64,000 bases of DNA. It comes from Clostridia bacterium (lineage in GTDB: Bacteria; Bacillota; DSM-521; Neomoorellales; SLTJ01). Positions 56,949 through 64,000 of this stretch are shown here, piece by piece (the stretch's first letter is position 1; each line of letters opens with the position of its first letter). The notes below the pieces were generated by a model, which saw nothing but the letters and a program-made list of their open reading frames with translations, was not told where the DNA came from and searched no databases. The position numbers were made by a program, and so were the translations under genes. The stretch covers positions 19,901 through 83,900 of the forward strand of contig JANLFO010000003.1 of NCBI GenBank assembly GCA_024653205.1, read 5' to 3'.

Positions 56949-59216
56949 TTACCGCCTTTCCTCAAAGAGGTTGCCGACCAATTCGCCGATGGTTACTCCG
57001 CCGCTGTCGTTTTCCGTTTCCTGACGCGCCGCCGGCTGACGGGCACCCGTCTCCCGCTGGGCCTGCTTGAGGCTGAGGCTCATGCGCTGGGCGGTCTGGT
57101 CCACCGACAGCACCTTCACCGGGATGATGTCTCCCACCTTGACCACTTCTTCGGGCCTCTCCACCCGCCGGTCGGCGAGCTGGGAAATGTGCACCAGGCC
57201 TTCGATCCCCGGCTCTACTTCCACGAAGGCGCCGAAAGAGGTAAGCCGGAGGACCTTGCCGTTAACTATGCTGCCCGCCGGATAGCGCTCTGCCGCCGTG
57301 TCCCAGGGGTTGGGCTGGAGCTGCTTGAGGCCCAGGGAGACCCGCTCCCGCTCGCGGTCCACCCCCAGCACCTTGACTTCCAGTTCCTGGCCCTCCTGGA
57401 GCACGTCCCGGGGATGCTCCACCCGTCCCCAGGAAATCTCGGATACGTGCAACAGGCCGTCCACGCCGCCCAGGTCCACGAAGGCGCCGAAGTTGGTAAG
57501 CCGGCGCACCACGCCCTTTCTCACCTGACCCTCGGCCAGCGAGGCCCAGGTTTCGGCCCGCTGCTTCTGGTACTCCTCTTCCAGCACCGCCTTCTGGGAT
57601 AGCACCACCTTGTTCTTTCCCCGATCCAGCTCTATTACCTTAAGTCGGAGCGTCTTGCCCACCAGGCCGTTCAGATCCTCCACATAGCCCCGGCCCACCA
57701 GCGAGGCCGGCACAAAGCCCCGTACCCCGAGGTCTACCAGGAGACCGCCCTTCACCACTTCCGAGGCCTGGGCTTCGATCACCCCGCCGCTTTCGTAGGC
57801 CTCTTCCAAGCGTTCCCAGGCCCGCTTGCGGTCCGCCCGGCGTTTGGAGAGAATGGGGTGCCCCTCCTCGTTCTCCGGCCGGATCACGTAGACTTCGAGC
57901 TCGTCGCCCACCTTGACCACTTCCTCCGGCCGCTCTATCCGCCGGTAGGAAAGCTCGGAAAGAGGAATAATGCCCTCGGACTTGGCACCTACGTCTACCA
58001 GTACCTCGCCGTTATTTATCTGCACGACCGTGCCCCGGATAATGTCACCGCGGCGGAAAGTAAAGGAAGACACCATGGCCTCTTCCAGGCCCAGGTTCTC
58101 CCCGTCTGCCTCCGCCGCCCGGGAGCCGGCGCCGACATCTTCCTCTGATTGCGCGCACTGCGCCTCCGAACCTGGACTCTCTTCGGACTCCGCAGCCCGG
58201 GCCTCCGGCTCGGCCGCCTCTGCCCCGCCGGCCTCCACCGGCCGGTCTTCCCCGGGCTTACCCGCCTCCCCCTGTGGTTCCGGTGGCGCCTCAGCGCTAG
58301 CCGCCTCCGCAGGTAGGTTTTGCTGCTCCTTGTTCTCCTCGATCTCCCACATCTTGCGCACAACCTCCTCGATAATCCAGTCTGGGGTTGAAGCACCGGC
58401 CGTTACCCCAACCCGGGAAGCGCGAGCTAACCACTGAGGACACAGATCGCGGGCTTCCTCCACCCGGTAGGTGGGCTTGCCGGAAGCACGGCAGATTTCC
58501 ACCAGTCGCGCGGTGTTGGCACTGTCGGCGCTGCCGACCACCACCAATACCTCCGCCTCCTGGGCCAGCCTCCGGGTCGCCTCCTGCCGCTCGCGGGTAG
58601 CCTGGCAAACGGTCTCCTCCGCAACTACCTCGGTCGCCTTCCTGTGCAGTACCTCTACTACCTGCCGGAAACGCTCAACCGGTTGGGTAGTTTGCGCCAC
58701 AACCCCTACTTTCTGCATGGGAGGCAGGCCTTCCGCCTCCGCCACGCTCGCCAGCACTATGGTATCGGGACCGGACCACCCGACTATACCCTTGACCTCC
58801 GGATGATCTCTCTCCCCTACCACCACTACCCGGTATCCCTGCTCCGCCAGGGACCGGGCGCGCTCCTGAACCCGCCGCACCAGCGGGCAAGTGCAGTCGA
58901 CTACTTCCAGGCCGCGAGATTGAAGCTCGGCCAGGTCCGCCGGGGAGATCCCGTGGGCACGGATGACCACCCGGCCGCTCCGGATCTGCGCCGGATCTTC
59001 CAACGGCTCCAGCCCCTTTTCCCGAAGCCAGTCCACGGCCTGGCGGTTGTGGATCAGCGGCCCCAGCGAATACAGGGGGCCTTTCTCCTTCTCCAGTTCG
59101 GCTTCAACCAGCCGAATGGCCCGCCGCACACCCGGGCAAAACCCGGCATGGGGAGCCACTCTAACCTCCAATGTCGACCGCCTCTTCTCCGCCTCCCGCG
59201 AAATACACGGGTTCAA
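56949..59216 (-). CDS. ispH: bifunctional 4-hydroxy-3-methylbut-2-enyl diphosphate reductase / ribosomal protein S1-like (IspH-S1 fusion)
   Basis: The N-terminal 290 aa are IspH ([28 protein letters not shown]). Next comes a 90-aa acidic linker. Then four S1 repeats (e.g. [32 protein letters not shown]). Confidence 0.92.
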   Translation of the reverse strand: MNPCISREAEKRRSTLEVRVAPHAGFCPGVRRAIRLVEAELEKEKGPLYSLGPLIHNRQAVDWLREKGLEPLEDPAQIRSGRVVIRAHGISPADLAELQSRGLEVVDCTCPLVRRVQERARSLAEQGYRVVVVGERDHPEVKGIVGWSGPDTIVLASVAEAEGLPPMQKVGVVAQTTQPVERFRQVVEVLHRKATEVVAEETVCQATRERQEATRRLAQEAEVLVVVGSADSANTARLVEICRASGKPTYRVEEARDLCPQWLARASRVGVTAGASTPDWIIEEVVRKMWEIEENKEQQNLPAEAASAEAPPEPQGEAGKPGEDRPVEAGGAEAAEPEARAAESEESPGSEAQCAQSEEDVGAGSRAAEADGENLGLEEAMVSSFTFRRGDIIRGTVVQINNGEVLVDVGAKSEGIIPLSELSYRRIERPEEVVKVGDELEVYVIRPENEEGHPILSKRRADRKRAWERLEEAYESGGVIEAQASEVVKGGLLVDLGVRGFVPASLVGRGYVEDLNGLVGKTLRLKVIELDRGKNKVVLSQKAVLEEEYQKQRAETWASLAEGQVRKGVVRRLTNFGAFVDLGGVDGLLHVSEISWGRVEHPRDVLQEGQELEVKVLGVDRERERVSLGLKQLQPNPWDTAAERYPAGSIVNGKVLRLTSFGAFVEVEPGIEGLVHISQLADRRVERPEEVVKVGDIIPVKVLSVDQTAQRMSLSLKQAQRETGARQPAARQETENDSGGVTIGELVGNLFEERR

Positions 59217-59872
59217 GCATTATTATCATTCGTCTCCGCACTATGAAATCCTGCCACGGGGAAAAAATTCGCCTCCCCGTGTCGCAACAACTCGGCTACC
59301 GCCCGCTGGGCGAGCAGAGAATACCGGTCTGCCTCTGCCCCCCTGGCCAGGAGCACCCCCGGGTCGGGCCGGATGGGCGACCCGATGCGCACCTGAAAGC
59401 GGTGAAATACCCCGCCGCGCCCCAGGATACGGTTGGTATCTATGAGGGCGACCGGCACCAGCGGCGCCTGGGTGCGCAGGGCCAGCAGCGCCGCCCCACG
59501 CTGGAACTCCTGCAGGCGCCCCTCCCGAGCTCGCCCCCCCTCCGGGAAAACCCCTACCACCTTACCCTGCCGCAGCAGACGCAGGGCATGGCGCATGGCC
59601 GCCAGGTCTACCTCCCCTCTCCGCACGGGAAAGGCGCCGAGACCCCGCAGCACCAGGCCTGCCACCGGGATGCGGAACAGCTCTTCTTTGGCCATAAAAT
59701 ATACGCGGCGGGGTAATGCTACTCCCACCGCGACCGGATCCCAAAGGCTTATGTGGTTACATACTACCACTACCGGCCCGCGCTGCGGCAGGTTCTCCCT
59801 TCCGGTAACCCGCCAGCGGCAGAAAACCGTAAAGAAGATCCAGAAGATGACCTTACCTATCCAATATAGCAC
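59213..59872 (-). CDS. plsC: 1-acyl-sn-glycerol-3-phosphate acyltransferase
   Basis: NHISLWDP (HxxxxD) and FPEGGR motifs. Confidence 0.92.
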   Translation of the reverse strand: MLYWIGKVIFWIFFTVFCRWRVTGRENLPQRGPVVVVCNHISLWDPVAVGVALPRRVYFMAKEELFRIPVAGLVLRGLGAFPVRRGEVDLAAMRHALRLLRQGKVVGVFPEGGRAREGRLQEFQRGAALLALRTQAPLVPVALIDTNRILGRGGVFHRFQVRIGSPIRPDPGVLLARGAEADRYSLLAQRAVAELLRHGEANFFPVAGFHSAETNDNNA

Positions 59873-60545
59873 CGGTTGCTCCCGTCTCTCCCCGGATTAC
59901 CGCCAAAACCCGCGCCAGGACCTGATCCGCATCCAGGTCGGTGGTATCGATGCAGACTGCGTCCGGCGCCATTGCCAGGGGCGCCACCGCCCTCTGGCTG
60001 TCCAGGCGGTCCCTTAACGCAACCTGTTCCCGCACCTCGTCCAGGCTTACCGCCCGGCCCTGGTCGAGCATCTCCCGCCAGCGCCGGCGGCAACGCTCCT
60101 CAAAGGAGGCGGTAACGAAGAACTTGTGTTCGGCTTCCGGCAGTACCACCGTGCCTATATCGCGGCCGTCCATTACTACCGGATGCTTCTTCGCTATGCG
60201 GCGCTGCAGTTCGGTAAGGCGCGCCCGGACTCCCGGCACCCTCGCCACCAGGGACACCCCGGCATTTATCTCCGGCTCCCGCAGGTGGGCGGTCACGTCC
60301 TGGCCGTCCAGGATCACCCGCGGCCCCTCGGCGTCGGGAACCAGCTCCATGTTAGTGCTCTCGGCCAAGGAAGTCAAGGCCCCTTCGTGTTCCAGGTCCA
60401 CCCCCAGCTGCAAGGCCTTGTAGGTAAGGGCCCGGTACATGGCGCCCGTATCCACGTACAGGTATCCCAACCGGTGGGCCAGGCGCCGCGCCAGGGTGCT
60501 CTTGCCCGCCCCCGCCGGGCCGTCGATGGCTATCCTTGGCGGCAA
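59853..60545 (-). CDS. cmk: (d)CMP kinase
   Basis: IAIDGPAGAGKSTLARRLA...LYVDTGAMYRA...GRDIGTVV. Confidence 0.95.
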   Translation of the reverse strand: MPPRIAIDGPAGAGKSTLARRLAHRLGYLYVDTGAMYRALTYKALQLGVDLEHEGALTSLAESTNMELVPDAEGPRVILDGQDVTAHLREPEINAGVSLVARVPGVRARLTELQRRIAKKHPVVMDGRDIGTVVLPEAEHKFFVTASFEERCRRRWREMLDQGRAVSLDEVREQVALRDRLDSQRAVAPLAMAPDAVCIDTTDLDADQVLARVLAVIRGETGATGAILDR

Positions 60546-61843
60546 TACGCTTCACCTCCGGAAAGTCGGGCCAGCTCCCGGGCGAAATCCGGGAAGGAAA
60601 CGGCTATGCAGTCCGCCTCGCGTATGACGGTCTCGCCCTCGGCCACCAGTCCGGCCACGGCTACGGCCATGGCCACGCGGTGATCACCGTGGCTGTCGCA
60701 AACCGTCCCGTGCAGGCGGGTGGGTCCCCGGATAATAAGTCCATCCGGCGTGGCCTTGACGTCCGCGCCCAGGCGGGAGAGCTCCCGCGCCATGGCCTCC
60801 AACCGGTTGGATTCCTTCACCGCCAGCTCGGCCGCATCCCGGATCACGGTCACGCCCTCGGCCTGGGTTGCGGCCACGGCCAGAATGGGCACCTCGTCGA
60901 TCAGGCGGGGGATGAGCGTGCCGCCCACCTCTACCGCTCTAAGACCGCACGCACGCACCTCCAGGTCGGCCACCGGTTCTTCTCCCAATTGGCGGACGGA
61001 ATCAACCTTGATCTCGGCCCCCATCTCCAGCAGCACGTCCAGCAGTCCGGTCCGGGTGGGATTGATGCCCACACCGGTCAGGTATACCCGGCTGCCCGGA
61101 ACCAAGAGTCCGGCCACCGTAAAGAAGGCGGCGGCGGAGAAATCTCCCGGCACCTCCACCTCCCGGCCTTGCAGCCTCGCCGGGCCCTTCACCCGTACCC
61201 AGGCTTCCTCGCGTGTTATTTCCGCCCCAAACGAAGTCAGCAGGCGCTCGGTATGATCGCGGCTGGGCGAGGGCTCCCACACCGAGGTGACCCCGCCCGC
61301 CTTAAGACCGGCCAGGAGCAGGGCCGACTTCAGCTGGGCGCTGGCCACGGGCAGACGGTACTCCAGGGGCCTAAGCTCCCGATTCCCCAGAATGCTGAGC
61401 GGGGCCAGCCGCCCCCCCTCCCGGCCCCAGATTCGCGCGCCCATAAGGGTGAGCGGCTCCACCACCCGGCCCATGGGCCGGCGGCGCAGCGACCGGTCGC
61501 CGGTAAGCACCGCGTAGAAGGGGCATCCGGCCAGCACACCCAGCAGCAGGCGTATGGTGGTGCCGGAATTACCGGCATCCAGAACGTCCTCGGGCTCCGC
61601 AAGCCCTGCTTTGCCCGCACCCGCCACCCGCACGGTGGTGGGCCCTTCCTGCCTGATCTCAACCCCCAGGGACTGAAGGCAGGAGGCGGTACTCAGGCAG
61701 TCGCGGGCGGGCAAGAATCCCCGGACCAGGGTCTCTCCCTCGGCGAGGGCTCCCAAAATAAGGGCCCGGTGGGATACGGATTTATCCCCGGGCACCCGAA
61801 CCGTCCCGTGCAATCCCAAACACTTGGCCACCTTGAGATCCAT
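60530..61843 (-). CDS. aroA: 3-phosphoshikimate 1-carboxyvinyltransferase (EPSP synthase)
   Basis: VPGDKSVSHRALI, DAGNSGTTIRLL, LRRRPMGRV, DHRVAMA. Confidence 0.95.
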   Translation of the reverse strand: MDLKVAKCLGLHGTVRVPGDKSVSHRALILGALAEGETLVRGFLPARDCLSTASCLQSLGVEIRQEGPTTVRVAGAGKAGLAEPEDVLDAGNSGTTIRLLLGVLAGCPFYAVLTGDRSLRRRPMGRVVEPLTLMGARIWGREGGRLAPLSILGNRELRPLEYRLPVASAQLKSALLLAGLKAGGVTSVWEPSPSRDHTERLLTSFGAEITREEAWVRVKGPARLQGREVEVPGDFSAAAFFTVAGLLVPGSRVYLTGVGINPTRTGLLDVLLEMGAEIKVDSVRQLGEEPVADLEVRACGLRAVEVGGTLIPRLIDEVPILAVAATQAEGVTVIRDAAELAVKESNRLEAMARELSRLGADVKATPDGLIIRGPTRLHGTVCDSHGDHRVAMAVAVAGLVAEGETVIREADCIAVSFPDFARELARLSGGEAYCRQG

Positions 61844-61865
61844 GTCCCGTCCGCTCCCCTATTCC

Positions 61866-62978
61866 CTAGCGGCGCCGGCAGCGCACTCCCGCCGACCGCA
61901 GAATTTCCAGGGCCTGGAGTGCCTCGCTTTCCCGGACGAACCCCAGGCGGATGGAGCCGGCCTCCCCCTCCCGAACGCCCATTATTTCGATGTCCGCAAT
62001 GTTTATCCCTGCCTGTCCGAGCATCCCGGTTACCAGCGCCAGTGAACCCGGCCGGTCGGGGATGGTAACCACCACCTCTTCCAGGCCGGGAAGGTAGGGC
62101 CGCAACCCCGAGGGCAACCGGCGCCGGCCCTCGCGGGCCCGGCACAGCCTTTCCTCCAGAGCGGCCTCGCGGCCCTCGGCCAGGACCGCCGCCAGTTCCT
62201 CCAGGCAGCAGCGGAAGCGTTCCAGCACGAGCAACACCTTCTCCCGGTTGCCGGCCAGGATTTCTCTCCACAGGCCCGGGTCACTGGCCGCCACCCGGGT
62301 AGTATCCCGAAAACCCCTCCCGGCAAGCTTTACCGCCGCCTCGTTCCCGTTAAGGGATTCCACCAGGGCCACGGCCGCCAGGTAGGGCAGGTGGCTGGCC
62401 AGGGCCACGCACAGGTCGTGCTCGCCGGGACTGAGGGTGAGGGGATGGGCTCCCAGCGTGCGCACCAGCCAGGTGACCCGCTCCTCTGCCCGGGGAGTGG
62501 TGCGGGCGGTAGGGGTCAGGGCCCAGACCGCGTTCTCGAAAAGGTAGGGATCGGCCGCCCCGATGCCCGCGCGCTCCGAACCGGCCATGGGGTGACCGCC
62601 GAGATAGGCCACGCCGGGAGGCAGGGACTCCTCCACCTCCCGGCACACCCTCTGCTTGGTGCTGGCCACGTCGGTTACCACCGCGCCCGGAACCAGGTAG
62701 GGTGCGAGATCGCGTGCCACCCGTCCCATCCGGCCGGGAGGGATGGCCAGGATCACCAGCTCGGCTCCGGCCACGCCCTCCGCCACCTCGGTGGTAGCGC
62801 GGTGCACGGCCTCCTGCTGCCGGGCCCGGGCTACCACCTCGGGATCCACGTCAACACCCACAACCTCCGGGCCCCGGTGCCGCTGTACCAGGGCCATACC
62901 GATGGACCCGCCGATGAGGCCCAGCCCCACCAGACACACGCGCCGCGGTTCCTGCAACTCGCTCCTCCTTTGCCACAC
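61866..62978 (-). CDS. tyrA: prephenate dehydrogenase with C-terminal ACT domain
   Basis: VCLVGLGLIGGSIGMAL Rossmann motif, GGHPMAGSE, and a C-terminal ACT-like beta-alpha-beta-beta-alpha-beta region. Confidence 0.9.
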   Translation of the reverse strand: MWQRRSELQEPRRVCLVGLGLIGGSIGMALVQRHRGPEVVGVDVDPEVVARARQQEAVHRATTEVAEGVAGAELVILAIPPGRMGRVARDLAPYLVPGAVVTDVASTKQRVCREVEESLPPGVAYLGGHPMAGSERAGIGAADPYLFENAVWALTPTARTTPRAEERVTWLVRTLGAHPLTLSPGEHDLCVALASHLPYLAAVALVESLNGNEAAVKLAGRGFRDTTRVAASDPGLWREILAGNREKVLLVLERFRCCLEELAAVLAEGREAALEERLCRAREGRRRLPSGLRPYLPGLEEVVVTIPDRPGSLALVTGMLGQAGINIADIEIMGVREGEAGSIRLGFVRESEALQALEILRSAGVRCRRR

Positions 62979-63000
62979 CTCACCGCCTCAGCAGGCGGGC

Positions 63001-64000
63001 CTAGGCGGTACAGACGGCAGCCTGCTCCACGCTCCTGCCCACCGCCGCCGCCACTGCGGCCAGCCTGCGCATGAGGCGGGCGAACTCCTCCGGCCTCAGC
63101 GACTGCGGCCCGTCGGACAAGGCCTCCGCCGGATTGGGGTGCACTTCCACCATGATGCCGTCCGCCCCCGCCGCTACCGCCGCCAGGGCCATGGGCGCCA
63201 CCAACTCGCTCTTGCCCGTACCGTGGCTGGGGTCCACCACTACCGGCAGGTGGGTAAGGCGCTTGGCCAGGGCTACGGCGCTCAAATCCAGGGTATTGCG
63301 GGTGGCGTTTTCAAAGGTGCGTATGCCGCGCTCGCAAAGGATTACCTGGTGGTTGCCGGCGGCCATCACGTACTCCGCCGCCAGAATCCACTCCTCCACG
63401 GTGGCCGACAGGCCGCGCTTGAGCAGCACGGGCTTATTGGCCGAGCCCAGCTCCCGCAGGAGATTGAAGTTCTGCATGTTTCTGGCCCCCACCTGCAGCA
63501 CGTCCGCGTACTCGGCCACCAGGGGAACGGCGCGGGGGTCCATGACCTCGGTTACCACCGGCAGCCCGGTGGCGGCGCGCACCTGGGCCAGGAGCTTGAG
63601 GCCCTCCTCTCCCAGGCCCTGAAAGCTGTAAGGAGTGGTGCGGGGCTTGAAGGCGCCGCCGCGCAGCATGGTGGCTCCGGAGGCCTTGACCGCCTCCGCC
63701 GTGGCCAGGAGCTGGTCGAAGCCCTCAACCGCGCACGGGCCGGCTATAACCTGCACGGCCCGCCCTCCCACTTCTACTCCGTTGCGCACCCGTACTACCG
63801 TGTCCTCCGGCTTGAACTCCCTGGCCGCAAGCTTATAAGGACGCAAGATGGGCACCACTTTCTCCACGCCCTCCATGGCCTCCAGGGTCTCCGGGCCGAG
63901 GCGGCCTTTGTCCCCGACCGCACCGATCACCGTACGGCTTACACCCTGAGAAACGTGCACGACGAAACCCTCGCTTTCCAGCCGCCGGGTAACCCGCCGC
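63001..64000 (-). CDS. aroF: 3-deoxy-7-phosphoheptulonate (DAHP) synthase, type I-beta with N-terminal regulatory domain (5' end beyond the window)
   Basis: [35 protein letters not shown] motifs. The reading frame stays open to nt 64000 (..[19 protein letters not shown]..), so the gene is truncated by the window. Confidence 0.9.
   Translation of the reverse strand, partial: RRVTRRLESEGFVVHVSQGVSRTVIGAVGDKGRLGPETLEAMEGVEKVVPILRPYKLAAREFKPEDTVVRVRNGVEVGGRAVQVIAGPCAVEGFDQLLATAEAVKASGATMLRGGAFKPRTTPYSFQGLGEEGLKLLAQVRAATGLPVVTEVMDPRAVPLVAEYADVLQVGARNMQNFNLLRELGSANKPVLLKRGLSATVEEWILAAEYVMAAGNHQVILCERGIRTFENATRNTLDLSAVALAKRLTHLPVVVDPSHGTGKSELVAPMALAAVAAGADGIMVEVHPNPAEALSDGPQSLRPEEFARLMRRLAAVAAAVGRSVEQAAVCTA

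Noticed and set aside
1-64000. Search for CRISPR arrays, rRNA/tRNA genes, transposases, integrases, prophage genes, and classical TA pairs or restriction-modification genes.
   Set aside because: None were recognised by eye. Intergenic space is too small elsewhere, and every long ORF has a housekeeping or sporulation assignment. A computational scan (tRNAscan-SE, Infernal, ISfinder, DefenseFinder) is still needed to be certain.

Overview
The window is 64 kb of high-GC DNA (by eye about 63-68% GC) and is densely coding. Sporulation genes (spoIVA, spoIIP, dpaA/dpaB, ylmC/ymxH-like, ytvI-like, YIEGIA) and gene order point to an endospore-forming Firmicute of the class Clostridia. I cannot name the species.

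Positions 1-40.8 kb lie on the + strand. They carry frr(3' end)-uppS-cdsA-dxr-rseP-ispG-proS, then rimP-nusA-ylxR-infB-rbfA-nrnA-truB-ribF-rpsO-pnp. After that come hbd, an M16 peptidase, dapB-dpaA-dpaB-asd-dapA, RNase J, a 1,2xx-aa GT/GH130 fusion protein, rluB, ykvI-like, pfkA and trpBA. Two minus-strand genes (a YkgJ-like protein and an RsmF-like methyltransferase, 35.3-37.5 kb) interrupt this block.

Positions 40.8-64 kb lie on the - strand. They carry an ABC-2 exporter module, moeB/thiF, spoIVA, gpsA-plsY-der, DUF512, the YIEGIA module, spoIIP, DUF1614, fni, an ispH-rpsA fusion, plsC, cmk, aroA, tyrA and DAHP synthase (runs off the window end).

I found no rRNA, tRNA, CRISPR array, transposase or integrase.

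The clear anomaly is a roughly 1.6-kb low-GC islet (about 43.93-45.54 kb; sampled lines 35-52% GC). It holds one gene: a 452-aa SIR2-family protein with intact NAD-binding and catalytic motifs and a CxxC..CxxC module. It sits between native operons with no mobility genes. I regard it as a candidate single-gene NAD-dependent defence or abortive-infection system.

Secondary items:
- a 450-nt structured spacer upstream of asd-dapA that may be a lysine-riboswitch-like RNA
- the GT/GH130 giant protein
- an orphan DUF4258-like ORF
- the YIEGIA/cap/spoIIP/DUF1614 module
- an ispH-rpsA fusion with an acidic linker and a possible internal start
- sigma-K-like and sigma-E-like promoters in front of dpaA and spoIVA

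All start codons were chosen by eye from RBS position and homologue length. Many long antisense ORFs in the track are high-GC artefacts.
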